Assembly (NCBI GenBank): GCA_964270895.1
Contig: OZ185436.1
Source of the DNA: Podarcis filfolensis
Lineage: Eukaryota
Length of the DNA: 64,000 bases
Strand: one strand, 5' to 3'
Shown: piece by piece, positions 12,301 to 23,720 of the stretch
How positions within the stretch are numbered: the first letter of the stretch is position 1
Layout of the letters: each line of letters opens with the position of its first letter
Position numbers and translations under genes: made by a program
The notes under the pieces: model-generated
The model's database searches: none
What the model was told of the DNA's origin: nothing
What the model saw: the letters and a program-made list of their open reading frames with translations, nothing else

Positions 12301-12652
12301 CCTAGGTAAGAGACCTCTGTGGCCATTATCTGGCCAATTCCCTTTGCACATTTTTCAGACTGTAAGCAGAGAAATGTGACATCAGATGGAGCCCTCCCTT
12401 GCCATTCATTGAAACAAAGAAGCTACTGTTTGCAGTTACAAAGCAGCGGCCCCATCCCGAAACCTTTCTTCTAGGTCAGTCTGCAATAATAACTCAACAG
12501 CAAAGTGTAAACGGGAGAACACTTACCCCGTGAACAGTTGGAGGCTGTCTTAGTCATTCCTTGATGCAGAACACTATGTTTCTTCTTATATTTTATCTTC
12601 ATCCTGAATAATTCTCTTAAATTACATGTGCTATTCATCTAACAGTAAAAGT

Positions 12653-12816
12653 AACAAAGAGCGACACCTTAAAGACTTATCAGATTTATTATGGCATAAT
12701 TTTTCATGGACCAGAGTCCTTATCTGATGACAGTGAAGATGAAGTGGACTCTGATGCACAAGAGCTTCTTCCATAACAAATCTTCTTAGTCTTTAAAGTG
12801 ACACTCTTTGTTGTTT
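12653..12816. mobile_element. Older Penelope-like terminal-repeat relic in inverted arrangement
   Basis: The two arms align over ~67 nt as reverse complements at roughly three-quarters identity. They contain decayed hammerhead pieces (gatgaagtggactctg; ggactctggtccatgaaa on the minus strand). Confidence 0.6.
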
Positions 12817-13398
12817 CTTCAGCTCCTCCTGGAAATTGTGCCACTGTTGTTTCAATAAAAACTTAAGAACAGCCCTGCTGAATCTGACTGAGGGCACATC
12901 TAGGCCAGCCTTTCCCAACCTGATTTCCTCAAGATGTTTCAAACTACAACTTTGGATACCTAGATCATATTGCCCTTACCCATATTGAAGGTGGTCTACT
13001 ACCTGCTTCTCCAATCAATTTTTCCTCAAAAAACGTTCCTGTATCAAGAAGCAATCGTCTAACCATTTAGTTCCCATGGCAATGCACCACCTGAAGTTTA
13101 CCTAAGAAAAGGACGCACCTGCCCAGCAGATTTACCAGCCTGCCATCATGTCCTATAATTTCAGCAGTATACTGCCATTGATACAGGTTTGTGCTTGTGT
13201 GGATGATGGGTTGTGTTGGCAAAGGGATCAGAATGAATGTTCATTACATAGCCAGTGCCGTCTAAGCTCCCTGCAAATAAACAAATAAATTCAAGAACAA
13301 TGCTCAATTAACTGGTCATCTGGAAGCGCCACCTGTGTTGGGGATGGAGCGAAAAACTCAGCTGTGCTCTGGTCTGCACGCTTGAGTAATGCAAAGGC

Positions 13399-13586
13399 CA
13401 TAGCTGTCAACCTTCCCTTTTTTTGCGGGAAATTCCCTTATTCCAGCGCCATTTCTCGCTGCTTCCCGCTGCTATCCCAGATTGTTAGATATCTCTTAGA
13501 CTGTCCCCGGGACAGGTGAGGCTGCTGGTCCCTTATTTTTGAGGCTGCTGATCCCTTATTTTCAAATCTGAAAGTTGACAGCTATG
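13399..13586. mobile_element. hAT MITE (188 bp)
   Basis: Perfect 13-bp TIR catagctgtcaac / gttgacagctatg; 8-bp TSD gcaaaggc / gcacaggc. Confidence 0.85.
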
Positions 13587-14540
13587 GCACAGGCCTCTAG
13601 ACCATTGGCAATGCAGCTTTCCAACCTTCTTGCTTTCAGATCAGCTTCTTTTGCCTCTGCAGTATAGGCCCTGTACAACATCCCATGCCCTGGCTCCTCT
13701 GATACAGTGCTTAAACTCCCCTTTCCAGCCTCTTAGGCAATCAGAACCCAAGACTGTGCAGCGTTCCTGAACACTGGGATAATTTTCATTGTGCTGGTTG
13801 GCTACTGTGAGAACAAGATGCTGGCACTGGACTGATCCAGCCGACACTTCTAATGTTCTTATGTTAACCTACCAGGGTTCTCGAAAGCTGCTCTTCTAGC
13901 CTGCTAGCAAGATGCATTAACAATCTATCTTGCAACCCATATCAAAGTGCAAAAAGTTAAAAACGAGAAATAGTGCAAGTGCAAATTCTGCTGGGGAAAG
14001 TCTTAGTGAGCTTAGCAACATAAGAAGTTGCCTTATACTGAGTCCAAACAGAAAACACCCACATTCCCTTGACATTTTTTTCCCAGATGGGAAGAGAACA
14101 CTGTGAAATATGGTCACTGAATATTATTGTTAATCTTGGCTTCATTATGGTCCTCAGTTGCTACCTTGTTTGCCTCATCACCGGCTTAATCTAGGAGTGG
14201 GGGCAGGGAGTTGTCAGAGCACATGATTATTCTTTGTTAGCAGGTTTCTGTTGATTATAAGGTGTGTGTTTGTTTGTTTTTTAAAAAAAGCAAGTAGAAC
14301 AACTGCTCTTGAAATACACTATTATCACAATTTAATCTTGAGTACATCCAAGAGCAAGCCTTTGAACCTTGCTATGAATTGTTCCCTGGCTATGGTTGTT
14401 CCCATTTTACAGATTGGGAGCAAGGGGCCTATTAATATTAGGTGGGTACCATCAGAATACTGTTTTATTGACTCCCCTATGAGGAAGTGTTACAGCATCT
14501 GGTGCCTTTTAGTTTAGAAAAATAGCAAGCAGAAGCAGGC

Positions 14541-14835
14541 ATGACAGAAATACATAAAATTATTCTTGGTTTGGAGAAAGCAGATAAGGAAATATTTTTT
14601 CTCCCTCTCTCTCATCACACTAGAACCCGAGGCCATCCAGTGAAGCTGCATGTTGGAAGACTCAGGACAGATAAAAGAAAGTGCTTCTTCACACAGTGTG
14701 TGGTTAACTTATGGAACTCACTGCCACAGGAGGCAGAGATGGACACCAGCTAGGATGACTTTAAAGAAAATTAGAACAAATGCATGGAGGATCAGTGTAT
14801 CAATGGCTACTAGACAGTTTGGCTACGTTCTACCT
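14541..14835 (+). mobile_element. CR1-type LINE ORF2 C-terminal fragment
   Basis: ORF 14541-14753 reads ...TRTRGHPVKL...KRKCFFTQCVVNLWNSLPQE, the typical CR1 reverse-transcriptase ORF C-terminus. Confidence 0.8.
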
Positions 14836-15131
14836 CTACTCTCTTCTTATGCTCTTTGACACCCAAGACAAACACTATTTCAGCAAGCCTATCCTAACAC
14901 ATACTTCAGTTATGCATGCTTGTTTTCAACATTTGCTGATTTTTATTTGCATATTATAATTGTTACACAATGTTTTGTGTACACAACTTAGAGGTGCCTT
15001 TTAAATTTGTCAAGTTGATTATTCATCCCCCCCCCCAGCAAATACATACCAATAAATAAACAGACACTCCCATGTTCAAAACTATCCGCAGAAACCGCAA
15101 TGACTATTTTTCACAGGACATTAACAAATAA

Positions 15132-15132
<1 letters not shown>

Positions 15133-15175
<43 letters not shown>
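15133..15175. repeat. (CA)n microsatellite
   Basis: Uninterrupted CA run just upstream of the CpG island. Confidence 0.95.
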
Positions 15176-15178
<3 letters not shown>

Positions 15179-15339
15179 TCTTCCTGCCGCTTGCAAACTG
15201 GATGCATCGCCTGCCACCCGCGCAGTCCCATTTCCACCAGCAGGTGGCAGAAGGCAGCATCCCGTTTTCTCCCAGCAGTGAAACAAACCCAGCCCAATGG
15301 TGCTATTCCAGCCCCCCCCCCCGCCGCCGCCGCTTCCCT

Positions 15340-15461
15340 CCTTCTCTCCCCCCACTCCCGTTTTCGCCTTTCATCCCAATTTGCAGCCGGCGCTGTCTTC
15401 GCGAAAACTCCTCCCGCTGCACCTGAAAGAGGCTCCTATTGACAAACTTGGCTGGAACGAG
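15340..15461 (+). other. ABLIM3: Probable non-coding exon 1 (start approximate)
   Basis: Strong donor GAG|GTGAGC at 15461/15462 inside the CpG island. The TSS cannot be determined from sequence alone. Confidence 0.5.
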
Positions 15462-16037
15462 GTGAGCGCTGGGCGGGGCTCTTCGCGGGGAGATTCGGGG
15501 CTCATTCAGCGCTACTGAAACGGGGGGGGGGAGGCTGAGGAAGAGGCTCCGCTCGCTCGTTTGATAAGCAAGCTGCGTGCATCTAGACGCGCCCCCCCCC
15601 TCCGCTCCCCGTCCTTCCCGGATCCACACCCCCCTGGAGCCGTAGGAAGAGCTGGAGCTGGCATCGGGCTGCGCGCTGCCTGACAGCCCCAGCGCCAGAA
15701 GGCGAGCCTGGCGCGGGAGACGCCGCGTCCACACGAAGGGGCTGCGCCGGGTGGATCGGTGGGGAGAAGACCGCCTGGGGGGCAGAGCGAGGGCGGGAAG
15801 GCACCTGGTCCGGGCTGATTCTTAGGCTGCTGCTTTTATCCTCTCTCTCGCTCCCTTTTTTTAACCCCACCCCTGACCTTATTATCTGCCCGTCCAAGAT
15901 TAAGCGCAAAGACAGAAGCCCAGAGAGAGAGAGAGAGAATAGCCCGGGCGATCAAGGAGACACCTGCGGATGGACGGGAATCAAACGGAAATAATACGTA
16001 TATTTCTCTAGGGAAGGTTGTTTTTTTTCTCCTTTAG

Positions 16038-16186
16038 GATTCCCCCCCCCCCTTTTCTATAAAAAAGACTCGCTGCCACGAAAAGGAGGAGGGGGCAGCG
16101 GAAGGCACCGGAGAGAATTTAAAGGACAGTTTTCCCTCCCTTTGTTGAATGAGAAGAACGGGGCCGGATCATCATGAGCACCAGCA
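16038..16186 (+). other. ABLIM3: Probable exon 2 (5' UTR plus first 13 coding nt)
   Basis: Acceptor 'ttttttttctcctttag|' ends at 16037; canonical donor CA|GTAAGT at 16186/16187. Confidence 0.6.
16174..16186 (+). CDS. ABLIM3: First coding segment MSTS(phase 1), putative actin-binding LIM protein 3; CDS continues beyond the window
   Basis: atcATGAGCACCAGCA|gtaagt with A at -3. It matches my recollection of ABLIM3 (MNTSIPYQQ..., 13 coding nt after a short non-coding exon, then a long intron). Only four codons are seen, so identity is inferred. Confidence 0.55.
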
Positions 16187-16618
16187 GTAAGTACCAGACT
16201 CCTTTGCTTCGCTGTGGGTGGAACCGCGGCTTCTTTTTGCATTGGGACCAGAATGTCACAGGCAGCAAGAGGAACGTGGCAGCTGATCGGCTTAAGGTCT
16301 CTTTTCCTTCTTTGGTTCTCTCTTATCCCCCCGCCCCCTTCCTTTCTTTTTAAATGGGGACTACCTGAGTCCGTTGGCCCCCTTTCGCCCCTTCCACATC
16401 TGTATTTTCTGACAGCTGGGCTTCAACGGTATTGTCTCTGTGTGCTCTGTGGTTGGAAAGCCCTCTGCAGCCCCTCGTTCTACTCCAGTGTGTAGTCTAC
16501 TCACTCTTGCCTTCAGCCTGTGCCACCCTGTGTGTAGACGCGGTGTCAGCAGGATCCCATCAGCGGGTGTCCCAGGGCAGAGTTCAAAGAGAGAGGCATT
16601 GGGGAATGTGCGTGTTGT

Positions 16619-16644
16619 CTCTCTCTCTCTCTGTGTGTGTGTGT
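16619..16644. repeat. (TC)n(TG)n compound microsatellite
   Basis: Seen directly. Confidence 0.9.
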
Positions 16645-17027
16645 TTGCATATTGATGGGGGTACCAAGCCTTGACCTCTCCTCATACTATTCTATACTGG
16701 GCACTAGCATGCATTCAAATAAAATAAAGAGAGCTATCATCAACCAAGGCACCACATCTGGATTTCTTAAATAAGTGGAAACAGGCAGATAGGTATAGAG
16801 TGGGTACAGACAGGTGCCCATTTTATGGCACAGCAGAGTGATTGGCAATTTCAAGCTGCTGTCTCGCTCTCTCATTTTGTCATTCCCTTATTACTCTGTG
16901 TGCTGCTGCTGTTGTCCTCCCACCTCCCAACAACACACACATCTACTTTGTTGGCGAGGGTTTTGCCCCTTCCATTAAAGGGAAGCTAGCCCAAGCTACC
17001 TTTATAGCTTACGCATCATGCCGCTTC

Positions 17028-17204
17028 GGGGAGAGCCCGGCGCTCATTGGTAGAGACACACACTTTGCACGCAGGAGGTCCCAAGATAACATCTCAGGAT
17101 CTGGAGGAGCAAGGCTGGGGGAGATGAGGACCTCTGGCTTGGGACGCCACTGCCTGTCAAGGAAGATAATGCTGAGCTGGGGGAAGCATAAGGCAGCTTA
17201 TGTG
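17028..17204 (+). mobile_element. Diverged tRNA-headed SINE
   Basis: A-box-like 'gctcattggtagag' and tail 'ataaggcagcttatg'; same family as 17323. Confidence 0.5.
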
Positions 17205-17322
17205 ATAGCGGGCAGTTCAGTTTGTGGTAGTCTCCTTGGAATTTGACTTTGAATGACAAATAGCATCCTTGCGCACGTAGCGAATGGGGTTCTCATCAAA
17301 CAGGGCAGCAGCCAGTGGATCT

Positions 17323-17507
17323 GGAGAAGGGTCCTAGCTCAGTGGGAGAGCATCTGCTCTGCATACACAGGGTCCCGGGTTCAACCCTGGCATCTCCCAG
17401 TAAGGCTGAAAAGAAGACCTGGAAAGACACTGGCAGTCAGTGCAGACAATACTGAGCTAGGAGGAGCAATGGTTTGACTTGGTACAAGGCATCTGCCTGT
17501 GTGTCTA
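17323..17507 (+). mobile_element. tRNA(Ala-like)-headed squamate SINE
   Basis: A box 'tagctcagtggg', B box 'ggttcaaccc', body 'cagtcagtgcagacaatactgagctag'. Confidence 0.8.
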
Positions 17508-19640
17508 GGAGTTCCATGCCCCCCCCTTAAGGTTCCTCTCCCTTTTGGCCAGCTCACTGGCGAGTCTGTTGTTGATCCTGGGTTTCTCAATGCAAGCAGG
17601 TGGTGCTGATGTCTCTTCAAGACGGATTGCACAGGAAGCATTCCTTGACAGCGCAGTTCAGCCCTGAGAACAGGCAGTTCTAGGTTTTGCAGGCTGTGTA
17701 TGTGTCATAGACAAGTAAAACTTTCTGGGTGCCCTCTGCGGAAGCCACACCTGGGACTTGGGCTGGATCAGTGGATTTTGGGGCAAGAGAAAGCTGGGTT
17801 AGTAGAGGCAGACAGTAGGCAGCAGACCCTTGTGGATGCACAATAACAAAAGGCATGGGGTGCTCACCTACCTCCGCCGTCACCTTCAGAGAACTGGTAA
17901 ATAAATAGCCTTGAGGGGAGCAGAGTTCTCTTTTCTCCAGAGAAGATGGAATCAAAGGAGGACAGGATGAAGGGGTTCCTCTCAAGGGAAAAGGATACAG
18001 ATTCACGACAACTGCTGCTCAGTAGCAGTTTCTTTCTCCAGAGCTTAATAGTCAGTTTGGATGCTGATAATTACTGTTTGAGGCCCAGCATTTCATCCCT
18101 CCATCCTTGTGCCACTAAGCGCTGCCCCTGTCCATTTTGTGTGCTGTGTCCGCAACCAGCTACTTAAAGGAAAAATTACACATTTGCCACCAGCAGCCGC
18201 ACAAGAGTTAGGAGAAGGAAACAGAGTAGTGTGCCCTTTCACTTGTGGCTGGGGTAGGGTGCCTGTGTTTGAACTTAAGGTCTCTGAGGTCCATTCCTAA
18301 TTCTATAATGGCTGAGCCAATGTGGACTTGGCTCAGGTTGGCTGAGTCAATGTGCCACGCCACATTTATGTGCCTTTGTCCTCCTCTCTGTAGTGTGGCA
18401 CTGAGATACTGAATGGTACCATCACCTCACTTTGCAAAGTGCTTCGTGCTCCCCCCCCCCATGGTACAATGACTTTTTTTATGAAGCAATAAACTTCCCA
18501 TTTAGATGAATCCATAACCAAAATTTTTTTAACTCTTGGATTGGCCAGGGCACACAAACACAGCATCCGAAACTCCCATGGTTCTAGGCGCATTTTGCAA
18601 CAAGGAACTTCATTAGTGCAAGCAGTTTCTGAGCTCTGGGTGCAGTACTGCGCCTGAGATTTCAGATTAAAACTCCAGAGTGGAAGGGAAAGAGGACCTT
18701 TTTCTGCCTCCCCACTTCCAGCCACTCTCTGAAGATTGGAGAAGAGACTCTCTTAAGAATATTGGGGGGAGGGGGAAGGCAGGGGAAGCATGGCTTTGTT
18801 TTTTGCACTCTTCAGATGAGGACTAGACCAGGTGAAAAATGAATATAAGATTTTAGCTGCAGTTCATTCATTTTCAGCTTTGTATTCTTGTTATAAAAAA
18901 GTGCGCCAAGACATTCCATTGTTGCACCCATAACCTAGGCTTAACGTGCCCTTTAGGTCCTAGCTTTCATATCTCAGCTTTCAACACTGCACAAACACAC
19001 AGGGTATGTCCACCTTTCTGCTGTGGTGCCCATATCTCTTTTCATAATACGTGGTTGTTTATCATCATGTTCCAAACTGGAAGACCCTCGTTATGATGGT
19101 TTTGGATAGACATGGAGGAAATAGCTTGTATCACAAGAACCTGTAGCGAGATGCAACCCTTGCCAGCAAAACCTGTCCACCTGGTGGAGGGGGTGTGCAC
19201 ATTGCTCTCACTGAAGGAGAATTGACAAGCGCTGTGCTTCTCTTCCTCCCCCCCCATTGGGATTTATTTGTTTATAAAATGTTTATACTGCTTAATATAG
19301 TAATTAAATAAAATCTCTGTATAGTTCACACAAATGCAATAAGAACACGTTATTCAGTCAGTTTTCCTAAAAACCAGATGAACAAACACAATGCAACAGT
19401 GGATCACAAATAAAACTGAGCAGGTACAAATAATAATAATAATATTAATAATGCAGAAGAAGAAAGAATCAGAAAGGCAACCATCCACTTATGTGGGAGA
19501 AATGAAATGGATGCAAGTGGAGTGAAGAAGGAATGCCCCCTCCCCAGTCCTTACTAATCCCATCCACTGAGCATCATGCCAGCTCCTTCCTCCGCAGCCC
19601 CATCCTATGTTTTGGTCACCCTAAAAGTGTGCTGCTAGGC

Positions 19641-19760
19641 CAGTAATCTCCACCCTGATACTGTCCAGCTTTTTTGGACTACAACTCCCATCGCTGCTTG
19701 CTGGGGCTGATATGAGTTGTAGTCTACAACAGCTGGAGGGCACCAGGTTGGGAAAGGCTG
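19641..19760. mobile_element. hAT-Charlie-type MITE
   Basis: Shared core; TSD tgctaggc / tgctagac (7/8). Confidence 0.8.
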
Positions 19761-21112
19761 TGCTAGACTATGATGAACTCTTGGGAATTAATGTAGATTA
19801 AAAAAAAATTACCAGGTTGGCATCAGTAGCAGATGGCATGGTGGGGGCAGCAGTGCTCAGCTGACGTTTGGTCAGTCCCATTGGTGCTGCTTCCCATGAG
19901 AAAGATGGGAAGGGATGAAGTGACAATGAGGTTGGTGTAGTGCAAACACGCTGGCAACACCCATCTAGTGCTGCCACTGGTGAATTTGCACAGCACTCCC
20001 ACCTCTATGCTGCCTTGCCACTCCCTCTTTTATCTGCCAGTAAGCAGCAGAATTGAGGTCCTTTGAGTGCCACTCACCACCACCTCGCCATCCTACTACC
20101 GCCAACATGGGATCAGAACCCCATCACGGATCTTAGCCGTACAGCAGTTTGGTGGATGTGGGTCTCTAAGCGACTCTGTGATACTATAAGTGTGGGAAGC
20201 TTAAGTGGTACACTACCCCTTGGGGACTGATATATAACCAGCCATGCAGGTATTTGGCTATAGTCCTAAGCACACTTTCTAGACATTAAGTGCCATTGAG
20301 TCTGAGAGATGGACTTCTGAGTAAACTTGCTTCGGATGGCAGTACATACCAAGCCCAGTCCCCTGTGTCCTGAAGTAGAATACTAGGCTAATGCTCTTAG
20401 CGGCTTCCATTCCACTCTGGTTTAATTCTACAGCTTACAAATTCTCCTGTGTTTCCTTTCATTCTGGCTAAGACAATCCATGGGCAGGTACTTGGCGACA
20501 GCCATCGTAGGAAACCTCAGCACAATGGCAAGCGACCTTCTCTTCCTCTTGCAATTCAGACTCCACTGCAGATGGACTGTGTCGTATAGGCAGAAAAGGT
20601 CTGTTGCAAACTTAGCCGAAACAAACAAGAGCTTTGTCTGAATTGGGGCGGGGATGTTAGCCTCCGAGGAAACGTGGCATTATTTCGTGTGGGGCAGTGC
20701 CCATTAAAAAACCGTGTTTTGAGCCAGTTAGGGAAAGGAAGTGGTGGTGATGGAGGCGTCAGCTCCTCTTCAGATCCAAAACCAGTGCATGAAACCTGTT
20801 GCATGGCTCCCCCCAGAATGCATCTCTAATCTTTAATGACACTAGCATACATAATATATTCTCCTGTAGGCCTGATTCCTTCTGTTAACAACTGTTCTCT
20901 TGCTAGAAATGCGCCACTGAATCCTTTCTATAAGTTCCCTAACCCGAAATACCATCCAGTATGTGTGCCAGATGAGAAGATAATTACCCTTGAGTCAACT
21001 CACAGCTATGTCAAGCACTCCCATAACGCAAGCACAGGAATTGAAACTATGCCTTGTATATGACAGAGCAAAGATCTCCCAGACAAGGAGACAAGAGTGT
21101 CTGCTAAAATGA

Positions 21113-21313
21113 AGGGACCAGCATGGTTCAGTGGATGTTGGCTTGGTCTTGGTCTTGAGAGATCTGGGTTTGGATCAACATGGGTTGCTTTGAGCAAGCT
21201 ACAATGTTTCAGCTTTGGTTTTTCCACCTATAAAGGTAATATATTTATGTCCCACCTTGCAGGCTTGTTGTGACGATAAATGAGATTGCGATCAAAGAGC
21301 ACTTTTGCAAACT
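21113..21313 (+). mobile_element. MIR-like CORE SINE (old)
   Basis: 'ttgagcaagctacaatgtttcagctttggtttttccacctataaagg...ttgcaggcttgttgtgacgataaatgaga' resembles the CORE domain. Confidence 0.55.
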
Positions 21314-22962
21314 ACAACTGCCGTTGTCCTGATGAAACCTAAATCATTTTTTCTCACATTTTCCAACTGCTCAGCAAGAAAATCTCTGCTGATGTCAATC
21401 GGCACCCTGTCCCACTGGCTTTGGAGGAATTTTGCCAGTTTATAGCAGCTGAGTATCTGCCTCATAGATTCCTTTTAAGCCTCTTATTTCTAAGCCATGT
21501 GTTACAATAATATCAGGGTTCTGTCTGGAACAAGGAAGGGACAGGAGAGCAGCTGCTTTGCCCTAAACACATCTTATTTTGCTTGGGTATCATCAAAAGC
21601 CCCTGCCCGTGAAATGGCCACCGTGCAGATGTCAACTGAAATTGCACCAGCATGATAGCAGCTCAGCATCGTGGGCCACTTGGGCTCAGTGGCTCCCTGA
21701 GTGGCTCAAAGTCCTCTGTGCAGTTTTCTGCAGGTTGCTGCAAACCATCGGCAGGCCTCAGTGTTGTGGTTTGTTTTCTGTCAAGGTGCCAGGATTTGTT
21801 GTGCTCTTTGTGTATTTTATCTGAAAAGCGCAGGTAGCCTACACATCACGGTTTGCTGATCGTTCAAAACCACAAGTCTGGCATTTCAAGCCAAGATAGA
21901 CCCTGATTCTTTTTGTTGGTGAGGGGCATCTTATGATGGGCGCACCTGTTGCTATTTATATGGACTCCCATGATCAGGCCATGTAAAGTATATTGGAGCA
22001 ATGCTACAAAAGAACAGAAAGTTCTGCATTCTCTCTGTTTCGTAGGGGATCGTGACATGAAGTGATACAGGAGCTTGCTGGGGAGAACTGCACAGTGAGA
22101 AGAAAGGCTCTTTGTTCTTTCATTGATACTGGATTTAATATGGCATTTGAGAGGGTTGGACCAGGAGCTGTTACATTGGTATTTACATGTGTAAAGCTAT
22201 TAATATATCTCCTGAAAGTTAGCACCACTAATTAGCTACAAAAGGATTCATAAGGTTATAAATAGGTACATCGATGCCTCTGAGCATTTCTATTGAAGCT
22301 GGGTCCCATGGTACAAGCCACTGCCAGGAAAAACCACAGAGAGGAACTCCATACACCCCCCCACCCCAATTCTGCCAGCTATCAATTTCTGGTCCCATTA
22401 TTAGGACACGTGTTATATGTCATGGGGAACAGAGGACCCAGCCACACATACCTGCAATACCACATGAGCAGTTAGCTTGTATGCCCATCATTCTATACAT
22501 CAAAGCCCATATTCTGTGTGTTTTGTTTTGTTTTGTTCTAATCTCATTCATTATTCTAGCTCTTTTCATTTACTATCAGATTGCCTTCTATTTATTTAAA
22601 GTTACCATTTGTGCACATTGCACTCATTTTCCTCAGCTAACAAGTACCAGGCACTAATTTTTGTAGTAGGTAGGGGGATAATTCTTAGTATCTTTGAGTT
22701 GGACTCCTTCACAACCACATAGAGACATTACAAGACTCCCGTTTCTTATTTTAACATCTGCGTTAAATGCGTTTATGAATGAATGTGTTAGCACACAGGC
22801 ATAAGTGTACATATTTAGTTTTGCTTGAAAGAGGGAGAGAGATACAGACAGACAAACAAACAAACAAACAAACAGAGAGAGAACCTGAGACTGCAATCTG
22901 AAAAAGAGGTAACATGTTTTGGGTCATGCATGAATCAGAATTTTCCAGTGAAAGTGACTGGC

Positions 22963-23720
22963 TGTCATGAACTGGCAGGACAACAAGGAGGACAGAGAGG
23001 ATCATGGTGAGGGCTGTAGACCAGAGTGAGACACACTGGGGCAAGCTGTGGGTGGGGAAGGATAGGTTGATATAGGAAATACTCATGAGATGATGGAGGA
23101 TGATGAGGGGATGGTGGTCAGTGCACAAGAACCAGAGCAGCAGGACCCATCCCTAGAGCCAGAGGGACCCCTGTCCTCATGAACACGGTGGGTTCTGAAG
23201 CGTAGGGAGTAGTGGAAGGGGTGCTCCTGGAGGCTGAGGCAGGCAAGGGCCTACAGCCCAGCTCCCTAGCTGGCCAGGTGGGACTTGTTAGCTGTGGGTG
23301 GTGGTGTGTGATTCCTCAATTCAGGCTTCCTCAAATTCAGCCCTCCAAATGTTCTGAGACTACAATTCCCATCATCCCTGACCACTTGTTCTGCTAGCTA
23401 GGGATCATGGGAGTTGTAGGCCAAAAACATCCAGAGGGCCAAGTTTGAGGAAGCCTGCCTCAGCTAGAGTAGGCTTGGAGCAGGTGAGGGTTACCAGCCT
23501 CATCAAGCCCAGGTGCTGCAATCAGCATGCAAAGTACAAAAGGGAAGCAGAGCTGAGGTGCTGTGTCTGCTCAACTGCCCAAGTTGATGGACCTTGGTTT
23601 GGATGCTCCTGGATGTCTACAGGACAATGCTTCCGTTTGGACTTTTAGACACATGGATTGACCCTGGACTGGGGACTTGACATACTGCCTTGCTGCCAGG
23701 TAGGCCTGGGGTTCAGGACA
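22963..23720. mobile_element. Solo LTR (Gypsy-like) containing a nested MITE
   Basis: TG...CA ends; terminal inverted TGTCATGAAC / GTTCAGGACA (9/10); 5-bp TSD ctggc / ctagc. Confidence 0.7.
23322..23457. mobile_element. hAT-Charlie-type MITE inside the solo LTR
   Basis: TIR caggcttcctcaaa / tttgaggaagcctg; flanks cctcaatt / cctcagct. Confidence 0.85.

Larger units (their letters stand above)
15180..16260. promoter_or_regulatory. CpG-island promoter
   Basis: Sharp rise in GC and CpG against a CpG-depleted background, a GC box (gggcggggc, 15471), and both 5' exons lie inside it. Confidence 0.85.

Noticed and set aside
15100-15909. Several 70-143 aa ORFs
   Set aside because: By-products of the CpG island and the (CA)n tract.
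16174-16186. EPN1 or RARB (both can begin MSTSS)
   Set aside because: As I recall, neither is split after 13 coding nt; the exon layout fits ABLIM3 better. This was not verified by a search.
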